Source: Halocafeteria seosinensis (taxonomy: Eukaryota). Taken from it: a stretch of DNA of 64,000 nucleotides. The stretch lies in assembly GCA_001687465.1 (NCBI GenBank), contig LVLI01000084.1, positions 62,001-126,000 on the forward strand, in the 5' to 3' direction. The notes beneath the pieces were generated by a model. It made no database searches. It saw only the letters and a list, made by a program, of their open reading frames with translations, and had not been told where the DNA came from. The translations under genes were made by a program, and so were the position numbers. This document shows positions 22,801 to 33,487 of this stretch, piece by piece (the first letter of the stretch is position 1; every line of letters begins with the position of its first letter).

Positions 22801-24669
22801 TCATATATTGACCGCGATGATCCTAGTAGCATCAGCCGTATTGTTCTCGGACGTAGTTCCACTGGCCATTGCACTGTTCGTATCGCGTCTAGTTGGGGAG
22901 CGAGACTGATGCTTTGACTTCTCGGTCGGGCGACTTTGACCTCGACGGAATGTTTTCGCTTTCATCCAGAGAATACTTCCCAGAAATATGCCATTCATAG
23001 CAATAGTGACATAGCACACACACACGCAGACCCCGGTGAAACCCTTCTTGTCGACGACATACGCGGCAAACAATGGTCCGACAGTTATTCCAAGGGATGA
23101 GAACAATGATATCCATTTACAAACTACTTCCAAAGCTCCTCTACCAAGTTGTTTGGTGTTCCTTATCATTGTACGCAAGGAGGCAGGAAATGCCAGGCCA
23201 AACCCACCTCCAATTGTGGCCAAGGAAATCATCTGGAGAACTAATGTCAGCTTCATCCATTGGAAAATCGGTGCCAAGATGGACCATCCAATTGTCAGAC
23301 CACCAAGTCCAAAGAGTACCCAGTAATGGCGCATATGTTGAACCAAACTTGCAGACACCAGAGCGCCTAGCATGCACGCGGCAAAAGCGAGTCCAAAGAG
23401 GAGGCCAATGAGGGCGGGCTGCAAACCAAACTTACTTAGATGCGGAGAGACGATGGGATGCAGCGAAGTCACAGAGAAAAAGCAGATGGACGTTATCAGC
23501 AGAGAGACCACCACTCCGGGAGCACCAATCACTTTACTTGAAGTGATGAAGAGTCCATCATTGCTCAAGTTATAGAAAGCCGTGGAAACATCGGCGTGAG
23601 GATGCTCGCGAGAACTGGATTTCCGATCATTATCTTGAGAACCTGCATTTGAGTGTATCCTACGACGATTTTCGTCGGCCTCTCCTTCCTGTGCTTTGGT
23701 TGATACCTGGCCTAACGATCCCATGTTTTCAATAGACTCTCTCAAAAGTTTTTCATGCAAAGAATTGATTTTGCTGGAATCAAATCGTACCCGCTTCACG
23801 TTCTCTGTAGTGTTGGGTTGGAACGTCGATCTCTCGGGGTGATGTTTTGTTTCAGTTGTGTTGATACTCGAAGCACGCTTTTGAGACCCTAGAGGAAACG
23901 CTTGCAAGGAAATCCCACCTTGGGATTGTTCAGCCGAATTTTTTCTTTCGGCGTCTTCTACGCCTCGATAGTTGTTGTCCTCGTAAGGATCATCGAACGC
24001 CGTAAATTGATCATCTATAATTGGGTTATTCGCGGTGCTTGGTACTCTTGGCAAAGCCCACGCTAAGGCAAATGTTAGCACTGCGTACAAACATGCTATC
24101 GTAATTGAAGGTAGAATGAATGCTCCAGCCCATTGATAGAATACACCCCCGTAAGGTGGTCCGATCATGACCCCCAAAGCGGACGCTAAGTGAACCGCAA
24201 ACACAACCGTCGTAAGACTACCTTCTTTCTCCAGCATTGCTGCCACAGCCAACACAGCAGAGCGTTCCGCCATTCGCGATGCCACGCCTTGGAGCGCTCG
24301 AAGCACCAGTAACGCCGTGAAGAAGTCGCCGAAGTGATTGTAGATCAGGTCCACTCCAGCAAAGAGAGCAGTGACGATGGTCATCGCGAAGAGACCTCCG
24401 ACGACCACGTACTTTGGAGAGATACATTTCAGCAATTGCGCAACGACGAGTTCTGCTAAGAAAGCTGCGATCCCGAAACTCGCCATGACCAATCCGATTT
24501 CGAGCAAAGTGAGTCCGCGTTTCGACGCGACTTGAGGCAGGAAGGGTGCCACAAAACTAAATGTCGCGTAGTTGAGAAAGTGCAGGAAGTACAGCCCGGC
24601 ACGCATAGTCCGCTGCTGGGACTTTTTCCGGGTCATAAAGTTCTGACCGGCTACCGTCGACGACCACAT
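22801..24669 (-). CDS. Major facilitator superfamily transporter (SLC18B1/DHA1-like), 12 TM with long central loop
   Basis: Two blocks of six hydrophobic helices; APFLP, LRALQG, GVMIGPPYGGVFY and GITVGPLFA motifs. Confidence 0.88.
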   Translation of the reverse strand: MWSSTVAGQNFMTRKKSQQRTMRAGLYFLHFLNYATFSFVAPFLPQVASKRGLTLLEIGLVMASFGIAAFLAELVVAQLLKCISPKYVVVGGLFAMTIVTALFAGVDLIYNHFGDFFTALLVLRALQGVASRMAERSAVLAVAAMLEKEGSLTTVVFAVHLASALGVMIGPPYGGVFYQWAGAFILPSITIACLYAVLTFALAWALPRVPSTANNPIIDDQFTAFDDPYEDNNYRGVEDAERKNSAEQSQGGISLQAFPLGSQKRASSINTTETKHHPERSTFQPNTTENVKRVRFDSSKINSLHEKLLRESIENMGSLGQVSTKAQEGEADENRRRIHSNAGSQDNDRKSSSREHPHADVSTAFYNLSNDGLFITSSKVIGAPGVVVSLLITSICFFSVTSLHPIVSPHLSKFGLQPALIGLLFGLAFAACMLGALVSASLVQHMRHYWVLFGLGGLTIGWSILAPIFQWMKLTLVLQMISLATIGGGFGLAFPASLRTMIRNTKQLGRGALEVVCKWISLFSSLGITVGPLFAAYVVDKKGFTGVCVCVCYVTIAMNGIFLGSILWMKAKTFRRGQSRPTEKSKHQSRSPTRRDTNSAMASGTTSENNTADATRIIAVNI

Positions 24670-25188
24670 CCCTCACTGTGTACGCTTCCTCAATTCCAAC
24701 CGTCACTTTGCGCGGTGCGGTACGCGCACGAATACACGAAAACTCTGTGTCGCGGCGCGCCCTTCATGGCGACGGCACAAACAGAGATACCACCATCCTC
24801 GTCAGTCTTCTTCTACGACGACTGCTCTGAACATTGGACATTGTCAATCAATCCGTGCCGATGTTCCGCGGATCGATCGATTTCAACGCGACAATCTTTT
24901 CGTTGACTCGAGTAGCCAGCAGCGCACATAGCCGCCCACGCTTATCACGCATGCACATGCACACATGCTCGGGGTTTGATGTCTCTTTGAATTGAATATA
25001 GAGTGTGTGCTGTACAGTGCGTGTTTGCCGTCTGTTCTGAGGAGCACTTTGGCTGTGTACTTGAACCACGCATGCGACCATCCTCGCCTTCGGAGGAAGT
25101 TTGCGGGGGGAGTTTGTCTACCTTAAGCTGCTGTAGTAGAACGAGTGCCCTCTCGTTCGCGGGTTTTGCCGGATTGTCGCGGGGGCAG

Positions 25189-28100
25189 CATGGCCGCACC
25201 TTTTGTGGTACCGCCGTCGGGTACGAGTGCGCCATCGATACGTGCGAATCAGGGGACTATGGAGAGAAAACGTGTCTCGATCGGGGAAGCCCGGGATGGG
25301 TTTCGACCTTTACAGTGGTTCATGGAGCGCGTTGACGTGTCGGAACCGTGCGCATATGTGCAGCAATTCAGTACGTACCTTATCGGCTTCTTAGAATGGG
25401 AAGAATGCATCTCATTGCCGTCGTTCATGGTTCCGTTCTACAGAATTGCCGGTGGTGTGGACTTCCCGGGAAGTTCCAGATGCTATGTTTGTGACCCTTA
25501 TGACCCAGGACCTGCAAAACGCTGAGCTGACTGCAGCTGCACGAGGGTATACACTGATCGATGAAAGTGCGCCTTCACCGACTAACGTGATTTCCGTACC
25601 AGCTGGCGGCACTGCGGTGGTAGAGGGTACTGAGGCGACAAGTACTGGAGCTTTGGCAAGACAGCATACTGGATCCGGTAACGATCTTAACCAATCGGAG
25701 CATGTCGATGAGAATATTGGAACAGGTACAGGTGTCGGATCAGGCACTCAAGGGCATATGGGAGACGCTCCTTTGGCACGACAATACACTCAATCAAATG
25801 ATGATTCGAACAAAGCAGGTATTGACGGAGGCACAGATCTCGGCACTGGTGTTCAGTACCAGGGAGGTCGTGAACATGTATATCGGTTGTATACGAAGTC
25901 TGGAGATGAACCGACTACAGAGGAGGCTAATGCTGGTACGGAAATTGGAGATGAGAATGGTACTGGCGTAGGGACGGAGGCAAACCAGGGAGGCGCCAAT
26001 GGGCTCCTAGCCCGACAATATACTGAATCAGGAGACGAGGCAGTCCAAGAAGAAGGTTTTGACCAACCAGTTTTAAATGATGGGCATCCGCCACGTAAAA
26101 CCATACTCCTAAACCAGCAGCATACAGGGTCGCGAAATGAAAACGGCTGGTCTAATGGTCTCAGTGCATCCGAGTCCAGTGCGGCCGAGACTACCGACTC
26201 GGAAACCCGGCAAACAACTCACGGTGTCTTGACGAGACAGTATACGAGCCAGTCGGATGTGCCCCTCGCTAACGAGAACACCAAAAGATCCAGATTCGAG
26301 AGCTCGAGTTCTGGGATGAAAGGCTCTGAGGAATCGAACCATGCTAATGGAGATCAAATAGTGAGTAATCACGTTCCATCAACTATCGAGGAGATCATCG
26401 AAAAGGTTTCCGAATATCCGCATCACATGGGCAAGCTACAGTCAATTTACATCGAACAAGATTCGGAAGGTATATACTGGTTGAAATTACCAATCCAATA
26501 CCCATCTGCCGGATCGGATGGCGGCCAGGCGCATATGAAGGCTTTAGAGCTGCGCAGCACCAGCGTAACGGCGTTACACCGACAGTTGATTGCCTTGACG
26601 AAACCAGCGGCGGCTCTGGATATGCTTAGGAATATCAAACGCTCTCCGCCGGCAAGGTGGCTCCAGAGGTATGGGGTAATGAGTTTCGGGAGAGGAAATG
26701 AAGGGCAGCTGGGCCTTGGGTTGGCTTGTGCGTCTCATGCACCCTCACTCATCGATGCGGGCTGGTTTGGTGGCTGTTCTCGGCCTGACTTATCCCGATC
26801 ATTGCTCCATGAATCCGGTGGAAAAAGAAGTAAATGTCATGGGGATGTGACGGCGATAGCTGTGGGACGTCGCCATACTTTATACCAAACCCGTGGACAG
26901 GGAGTGTATGCTTCAGGGTTCAATGGATCCGGACAACTCGGAATTGGATCGACTCGTTCTGTGCGATTGGCCCCCTCAGAAATCCCATCGCTCCATCGGC
27001 GCCAGGTTATCAGTATTGCTGCAGGGCAAGTTCACTCGTTATGCGTAACTAGTGAAGGGATCGTCTACTCCTGGGGGTCAGGGCGCTGTGGTCAATTGGG
27101 TCTGGGATCCAAGCTACCCAGTGGTTTCAAGTCTCCGACACCTGTGCCTTTCTTTAGGCCCCAGAGCCGTGCGACAGGAAAGAGTGCGTCGGATATAAAG
27201 ATATTGGGTAGTGATGATCCTGAGTCATGGTTGAATTCACAACTTGCGTATACGATGTCGCATTTGCGAGAAAGTGGACAGTCTGAGTTACTCTCTCGTC
27301 GGCACAATACGGATGCTGACGAGTTGGGGCATATTATAGCAGTTCGAGCCGGTGGAGATACAAGTGCGGCAATAACATCTGACGGGACTGTTTTTATGTG
27401 GGGCAGCAATAAAGCGGGACAATGTGGTGTAGGTAGCAGCGAGGATGTTGTCCTACCGTCTAAACTAACAAGCTTGTATGACTGGAATATTTCAGATGTC
27501 TCATTGGGAGAGGAACATGTTCTCGCCCTAAGCGATTCCGGGAAACTCTTCTCTTGGGGTAAGGGGCTGTATGGTCGACTGGGTCTAGGGGATGAGCAAA
27601 ACCGGCTGAGTCCCGTTAGAATCCGCGAACCTCAGGAGTTGAATAAAGTTCGAATAGCGGCCATTTCTGCCGGTTTCACCCACTCATTAGCTCTAGACGT
27701 CAGCGGTAATATATGGTCATGGGGGGATGCCTCGGATCACAAGTTGGCTCGAGTGAAGACTCCTGAGGGCAATGTGCTATTTCCCCATCGAATGGACTTT
27801 CCTATGGGCGATGTTCTTCAGGAATATCGAGATTGCACTCCTCAACCGAAGGTTGCAGGGGTTCGTGCTGGCGAGAAGCACAGTGTAGCGTGGACATCTG
27901 TGGAAGAAGTAGAGACAACAGGCGCAGGACATGAGTCTCCGGGACTGGTGACGGAAACAGGGTCACGCAAATTGATAGGTGGACATGTATTCGTGTGGGG
28001 AAACAACCGATTTCGGGCTCTAGGACTAGGAGAGATGTCAATGAAGTGGCTAGATGAGTCAAACGTGGAGAATTCCGATATACACGATGTTGATTCAATC

Positions 28101-28904
28101 AGCGACATGTCCCTCACGATACAAAACCAGCCATGGGACAAAGTCGACCAACCAACCGTGGTTCCCGGCATAGGCATACCAACACCCGGAAACTCCGTTG
28201 AAATGCAAGGCACATCAGACGGGAAACTGAATATGCTCGAAAATTCCATGCTGCGAGTTGCTGCAGATGTTGTCACAGGATACAAGCATACGCATTGTAT
28301 CACAAAGCTGGTCTATCCTACAGTTGCTCGGGACACTACTCCGGACTCTGACATTGATTCCACACCTGATATACCGCTATACTGTTCTCACTTGACAGGT
28401 AGCCAACCAGATGGAGAAACCTACTCCGCAGTATTGCCGCCTCCACTCTCTCCGTTGCACGAGATGTGCTTTGCATCATCCAGGGTACGGACAAACCAGT
28501 TAACCAAGGAGGAATACGTCCGGCTATTGGAAACGCTTGAAGACATAGGAAGCCTCCACTTTGCATGGAGGGTTGCTCGAGAACATATCAACTCCGAGAG
28601 AATCAAGACAAGCGGTGTCAGCCTGGATCCGGGAGAGAAATATAAGACTTTAGTAGACACACCTCGCATCCCAAAGGCACGACACAACGACGAGGAGACA
28701 AGCAGTGAAGAACGAATTCTAAGTACTGGGGCTAACGAGGCAACTCAGGCAAATCACACAGATAAGCCTCCAGAGACTGACGAACATCGCGCCGCTCGGC
28801 CACCAGACGAAATAGCGGATAGGCCTAAGAGAGGTTTCTGGAGTAAATTCTTCGGTGCTTTGAGTTGCGGAGCTTGTGGAGTCTCCACGATGCCCAAAGA
28901 ATAA
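25189..28904 (+). CDS. RCC1-repeat beta-propeller protein with repetitive acidic N-terminal region; intron about 25371-25443
   Basis: Repeated RCC1 units (FGRGNEGQLGLG, IAAGQVHSLCVTSEGIVYSWGSGRCGQLGLG, LGEEHVLALSDSGKLFSWGKGLYGRLGLG, AGFTHSLALDVSGNIWSWG). First exon MAAPFVVPP.. joins in frame via gtacgt..cag. Confidence 0.85.
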
Positions 28905-28984
28905 ACGACATAACAAATAAGAACCCGTCACGTTCAAATAGGCGTTTCTCGTGCATTGGAAGGAACTGCATATTTGTAGCTTCG

Positions 28985-30944
28985 TCATGTGCCACTACTG
29001 TTACCTGAGTCGCCACTCGTAAACGGCTTCCTCGAATGAGAGGAATAAAGCCGGCTCTTGCGAGCCTTGTCCATCTCTGCACGGACACGATCACGCTCTT
29101 CGGCGTTTCGCAGCCATTCATCCAGCCGATCCTGTTCTTTGAGCATCTCCGGGTCATCAGGACGTGAGTCCTTGCGGCTCTTCAGCATTGTGGACAGAAG
29201 AGACCATAATCTTTTCACTTCTGCTGTCTTCGCCCCTTTATCTTTCATAAATCGGATCATTGGTAAATCAGTGTCTTTCGAATCCGGCTCCAGTTCTATG
29301 AAGACGGCGCTAGGATGTTTCTTTTGGATTGCTAACTCAACATCCTTAAGCTCCCGTTCAACAAGACGTGTGACGTCCTCCGCATAACTGCAAAAAGCCA
29401 CCAGGGGGTGAAGTATTCTGCTATGCCTACACAAACTATTGCTATGGGCGGCAGGACATACTAGCTAAGGAGTATTGGGAGTTCATGAGCCAAATCTCCC
29501 TTGGTAGCGGCCTCGACAAACAGCTTCCGATAACTGCTCTGCAACTTGGCGCTCAAATATGTACCGTCAAAGTCCACTTCAGCTTTATAGGCAAAGGCAG
29601 TTGGTCCGATCCATTGAGACTGCACATGGCTCACAGCTTCTATCGATGGAAAATTCAATATTATGTTCCGAATATCCTCGGTCGTTCCTGCACAAACCAT
29701 ATGCGTACCGGAAGCAGCACCAGAGATTTCTTATTTGTAATACACCTACCAGAGTCTACCGCTTGCCCAACGAGATATGCTTTGTTTAAATTGACCAAAC
29801 GGATTGCAACAGCCCCTAGCATTCCACCAATGAGGATGCTAGCCCCGTGATCCCACATGGGATTGCCAGTGAAATATGCCATGGATATCCCACCTGCTGC
29901 GACCAGTACACCCGAGCAGGCTGTCAAATCTTCCATGAAAACAGCCGCCATAAATGGATCCCTAGTTTTCCGCATAAAGTGATACATCGCCTTGGCTCTT
30001 ACAGTCACGTATTCGAAGGAGTTTTTCAGTTTGAATCCATCTTTCAATCGTGGATCTGCCGACGCTTTACTCGATGCGCGGGATACAATTTCTTTGGCTG
30101 CCCTATGTAGTACATAGCCATCTATAATAAACGCTGTACCCAAGACAAACGCGGCTTCCGATGTCGGTTGCATGGGTGCATTCGCGATAATTCCCTCGAT
30201 ACCTGTTCAAGAGACACATGGCTTCTTGAAAACGACAGATGTATTTTTTCTGTACACCAAATAAATTACATACCATGAAAGATACTCACACCGGCTCCGC
30301 ACCTGCAAAGTAAAGCGTTAAGCATCCACCACAGCATGAGTTTTTATTCCAAGTACCTTCCCTCTTGACCATAGTTTCTCCACGACTTACCAGAAAAGTC
30401 CTAGGGCACTCACCAAGCCCCAAAAGTACGCTGCACGTCCATATCCGTAAGGGTGATCAGCATCGGCCCGAACTTGGCTTTGACGAAGTCCCAGAGCCAA
30501 GAAGGCTTGATTCAGCGTATCTACCAGTGTGTGTATCGATTCAGCCATCATAGCACTGCTTCCCGTCCGAATGTACACGATCGTCTTGAGAGCGGTAATG
30601 ATGGCATTGCCTACCATAGCCATGACCACCGTCTTTTCTGTCCCTTGGGGCAATCGACGTGGCGTAGGGAATTCCTCCTCCTCCGACTCTGTCCACCGCG
30701 ATTCGTAATAAGTCGGAGACGGGGCAGGTCCTTCCTGGGGCTCCATAGTATCACCATAAGGCCCTCGTACGGGCGTCGACTTTGATTTATCACCATCGGA
30801 CGAGAAAAACACGCCCAAAGAGGCAGAGGGCCTCCAAATCCCCACCCCAATTCCTCGATTCCTTTCCACGAATATCCCATTCATGCCACGCAGGTATGGC
30901 CTCCATAATCTGCCCGATGATCCTAATGTCCTCAAGGACAGCAT
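28985..30944 (-). CDS. Cation diffusion facilitator, ZnT9/SLC30A9 (MTP7)-like, with mitochondrial-type presequence, spliced (includes 29-nt exon 30274-30302)
   Basis: GSSAMMAESIHTLVDTLNQ, ADADHPYGYGR..YFWGLVSALGLFW|CGAGVSIFHG, DPFMAAVFMED, YKAEVDFDG, FIELEPD. Arg-rich N-terminus. Confidence 0.9.
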
Positions 30945-31744
30945 GATGTTAATACGACAGGTGTACCGGATACCTCTACTACTACATGTGCAATGTGGCA
31001 AGGCAGTCTCCCCGCTCCTAAACCACCCACTACTGGTACATGATACTCAAGCAAACGCCATGCGTAGTGTCAATATATTGTCAGTGGATTCGAGACTCTC
31101 GAACTTAAAATTCACCGTGTGTGTAATTCCTACACAGCACAGTGTGAAGGTGAATGAACCCTCAGTTCACACAGCCGGCTTGGCGGAACTGGGAATTGAA
31201 GACAACTCTCCGGGATCAAGAAGCATACAGTAGAAAAGGTGATTGATGACATGAATTTGTAAGTCGATTTACAGATTTTTGGAGGCGCAGATGGAGGTGT
31301 ACGATCCAGTCGGAAAGAAAGACCAACTGCATATGTGCGTGTGTGGGTTGTATGTGTGTTCCGGCAAAGACAGAAATAGCCTGGCTTGGTCTTTTTGAAT
31401 GTTGTGAGCATCGCTGGAAGCTCAGTCAATCTGCTGGCATGGGGTTCGTCGTGGGGCGGCAGGAGGCTAACTGGATCCCAGCACATTGCTTGACAAGACC
31501 CCCACTCTGGACTCTACCTTGCCGACATTGCATCCGCTGGAAACATACTTCTACGAATCAATCTGCCGTAGTCAACTGAGCTGTTGCACGGTGACCGAAG
31601 AGCATCATGGAGTATGGGTCAATGATGTTCTCGAAGGTTAGACCCGCCAATAACCGGTACGATCCAGTATTTAGTCATTTAAGTCTGTGTTCCTGACTCA
31701 GGAATCCTGAGGTGTGGCTCCTTCTTTTTCAATTCCAAGTTCGT

Positions 31745-32405
31745 TTTTTCCGCGTGCAGGGTCCTCAGTGCGGACCCCGCACTAAGTCTTACCGGCACAG
31801 GCCCGTGTGACAGGGCCAAGCCTGTGTGTATTAGTGTTGCTCCTACCGAAAGACGTCTAGTCTACAGGCTACGCTAGGCCGGGTGTGGGGTGAACCCTAC
31901 CGCCAACATCTTCACGTTGTGGCGCATCAACGTGACAGACACCGTCATCAGTGTTCGAAAGTTCTGCATCTCCCTTGTTCTTCAGCCAAAGAACCCGGTG
32001 CTTCCCTGACAAGTCTCTTTAGGAACTTACTCGAGTCCCCCGTCCCTTCTATCACGAACAGGACACCTTCCGTGCGGTGATCCCTCAGATATCTGAATTT
32101 TCTCCGTTTCATCTTCTCCGATTCTGCCGCGATGGTGAAACGTTTCCCTGCTGGCCTAGCTAGTCTGTCTCCTGTGAGTCGATTTGGAACTGTTACGTCG
32201 ACATAAACTGTGCTGGTTGAGCCTTTTGCTACCAGGTCCATGACTGGCCTCGCTTCTTCTTCATTTCGCGGGTCTACGAGCACCTCTCTCTACACTGGCG
32301 TTTGACCCATGCGGATGTAATTCTCCAGTTCCACTGCTATCCTGTCATGACGGCGGATCCTTTGCGTGGCGTTCCCTTCTTTGCCGCATCCCAGTAGGGC
32401 GTTGC
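31745..32405 (-). mobile_element. 5'-truncated, decayed non-LTR retrotransposon (RLE clade, CRE-like): restriction-like endonuclease C-terminus plus 3' UTR
   Basis: LLGC..RIRRHDRI...*REV..RPVMDLV..VYVDVTV..AAESEKMKRRKFRY..LFVIEGTG. After a frameshift near 31960 it continues LMTVSVTLMRHNVKML to a stop at about 31874. In-frame TAG at 32290-32292. Hairpin-rich UTR, then a short A-tract at about 31744-31749. Confidence 0.78.
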
Positions 32406-33487
32406 CTGGGAATCAGAGAAATGCAAACAGTGGGCGGTATGGTTGATGCTTGTACTGTACATCCCCATGCAATCATGCACAATTATGGAAATGTGTTGAA
32501 ACACCCAGCTTGCCCCCTACCAGCCCCTACCGAATGACTTGAACCAAGTGCCATGCAACCGGCTGTCAGGTCAGGCAGACGGATTCTTTGCGGACTCCGA
32601 TTTCGCTGTCGGCTCCGCGTCTTCGAGTTGATTCACACATATGACGCATCATGCGAAGCAGCAGAAAAACAGGATGCGATCTGCCAGGTACAACTCCGCG
32701 TAGAGTCAGCGTGAAGTGGGTACAGAGTGACTGGTCAGGGAGCAGGAAACAGAAGACACAAGGAAGCCGATGAAGGCCACCACCGGCCAGCTGGGAGCAT
32801 ACGACGCTACCTAGACTGAGGTAGGTGCGTTGCATCCCAGGGGAGGAGACGGCACCCAAAAGATTGAAGTGAGAAAGAAGTGCTTTGCTTGTAGTTCTGA
32901 GTCGTCAACCCCTCTTCCCGGGCCGGATTCCCCGTAACCGTCTTTTGTCTGGTTTTTTGCGGACCTCAAATTCGGTGTAACCGTGTAGCTCTCTCCTTTG
33001 GACGCTATGGTATGAGTACATGCTTTCTCCATCGTACATAGAACTGTCCACTCGTTAATAGGCCTTTTTCCGCTAACTTGAACCTCCAATGGCTCACATT
33101 CAACGTAAGTACCAACTGCTTCCGAGGAGCCACACTGCTTCACAGGAGGATTTATTCTGCAGGACTCCGCCTCTAGTCGTGAGGGGGATATACACGGGAT
33201 ACAATGTATATATCTCCATCCGCAGGTGGGAGCAAGAGCGCTTATGTAGGCTTATACGCGGAGATAAGGAACCGGCGGAGGCAGTGCAGCAGGGTCGCAC
33301 TCCAGCTCCCAATGCTCGTATGTCTGTTAGGATACTAAAGATAATGGCTTGTGGATTGTAAATTCGGAGCATCGGTCAGAGCGTCGCAAACAAGCGCATC
33401 CGTGTTTGGTCTGCATTTCGTTTGCTGTGAGTTTTTCTTAGTTGGCTTATATTGCTTCCTTGGTGCCCTGGTTGAAGGACAAGAAAA

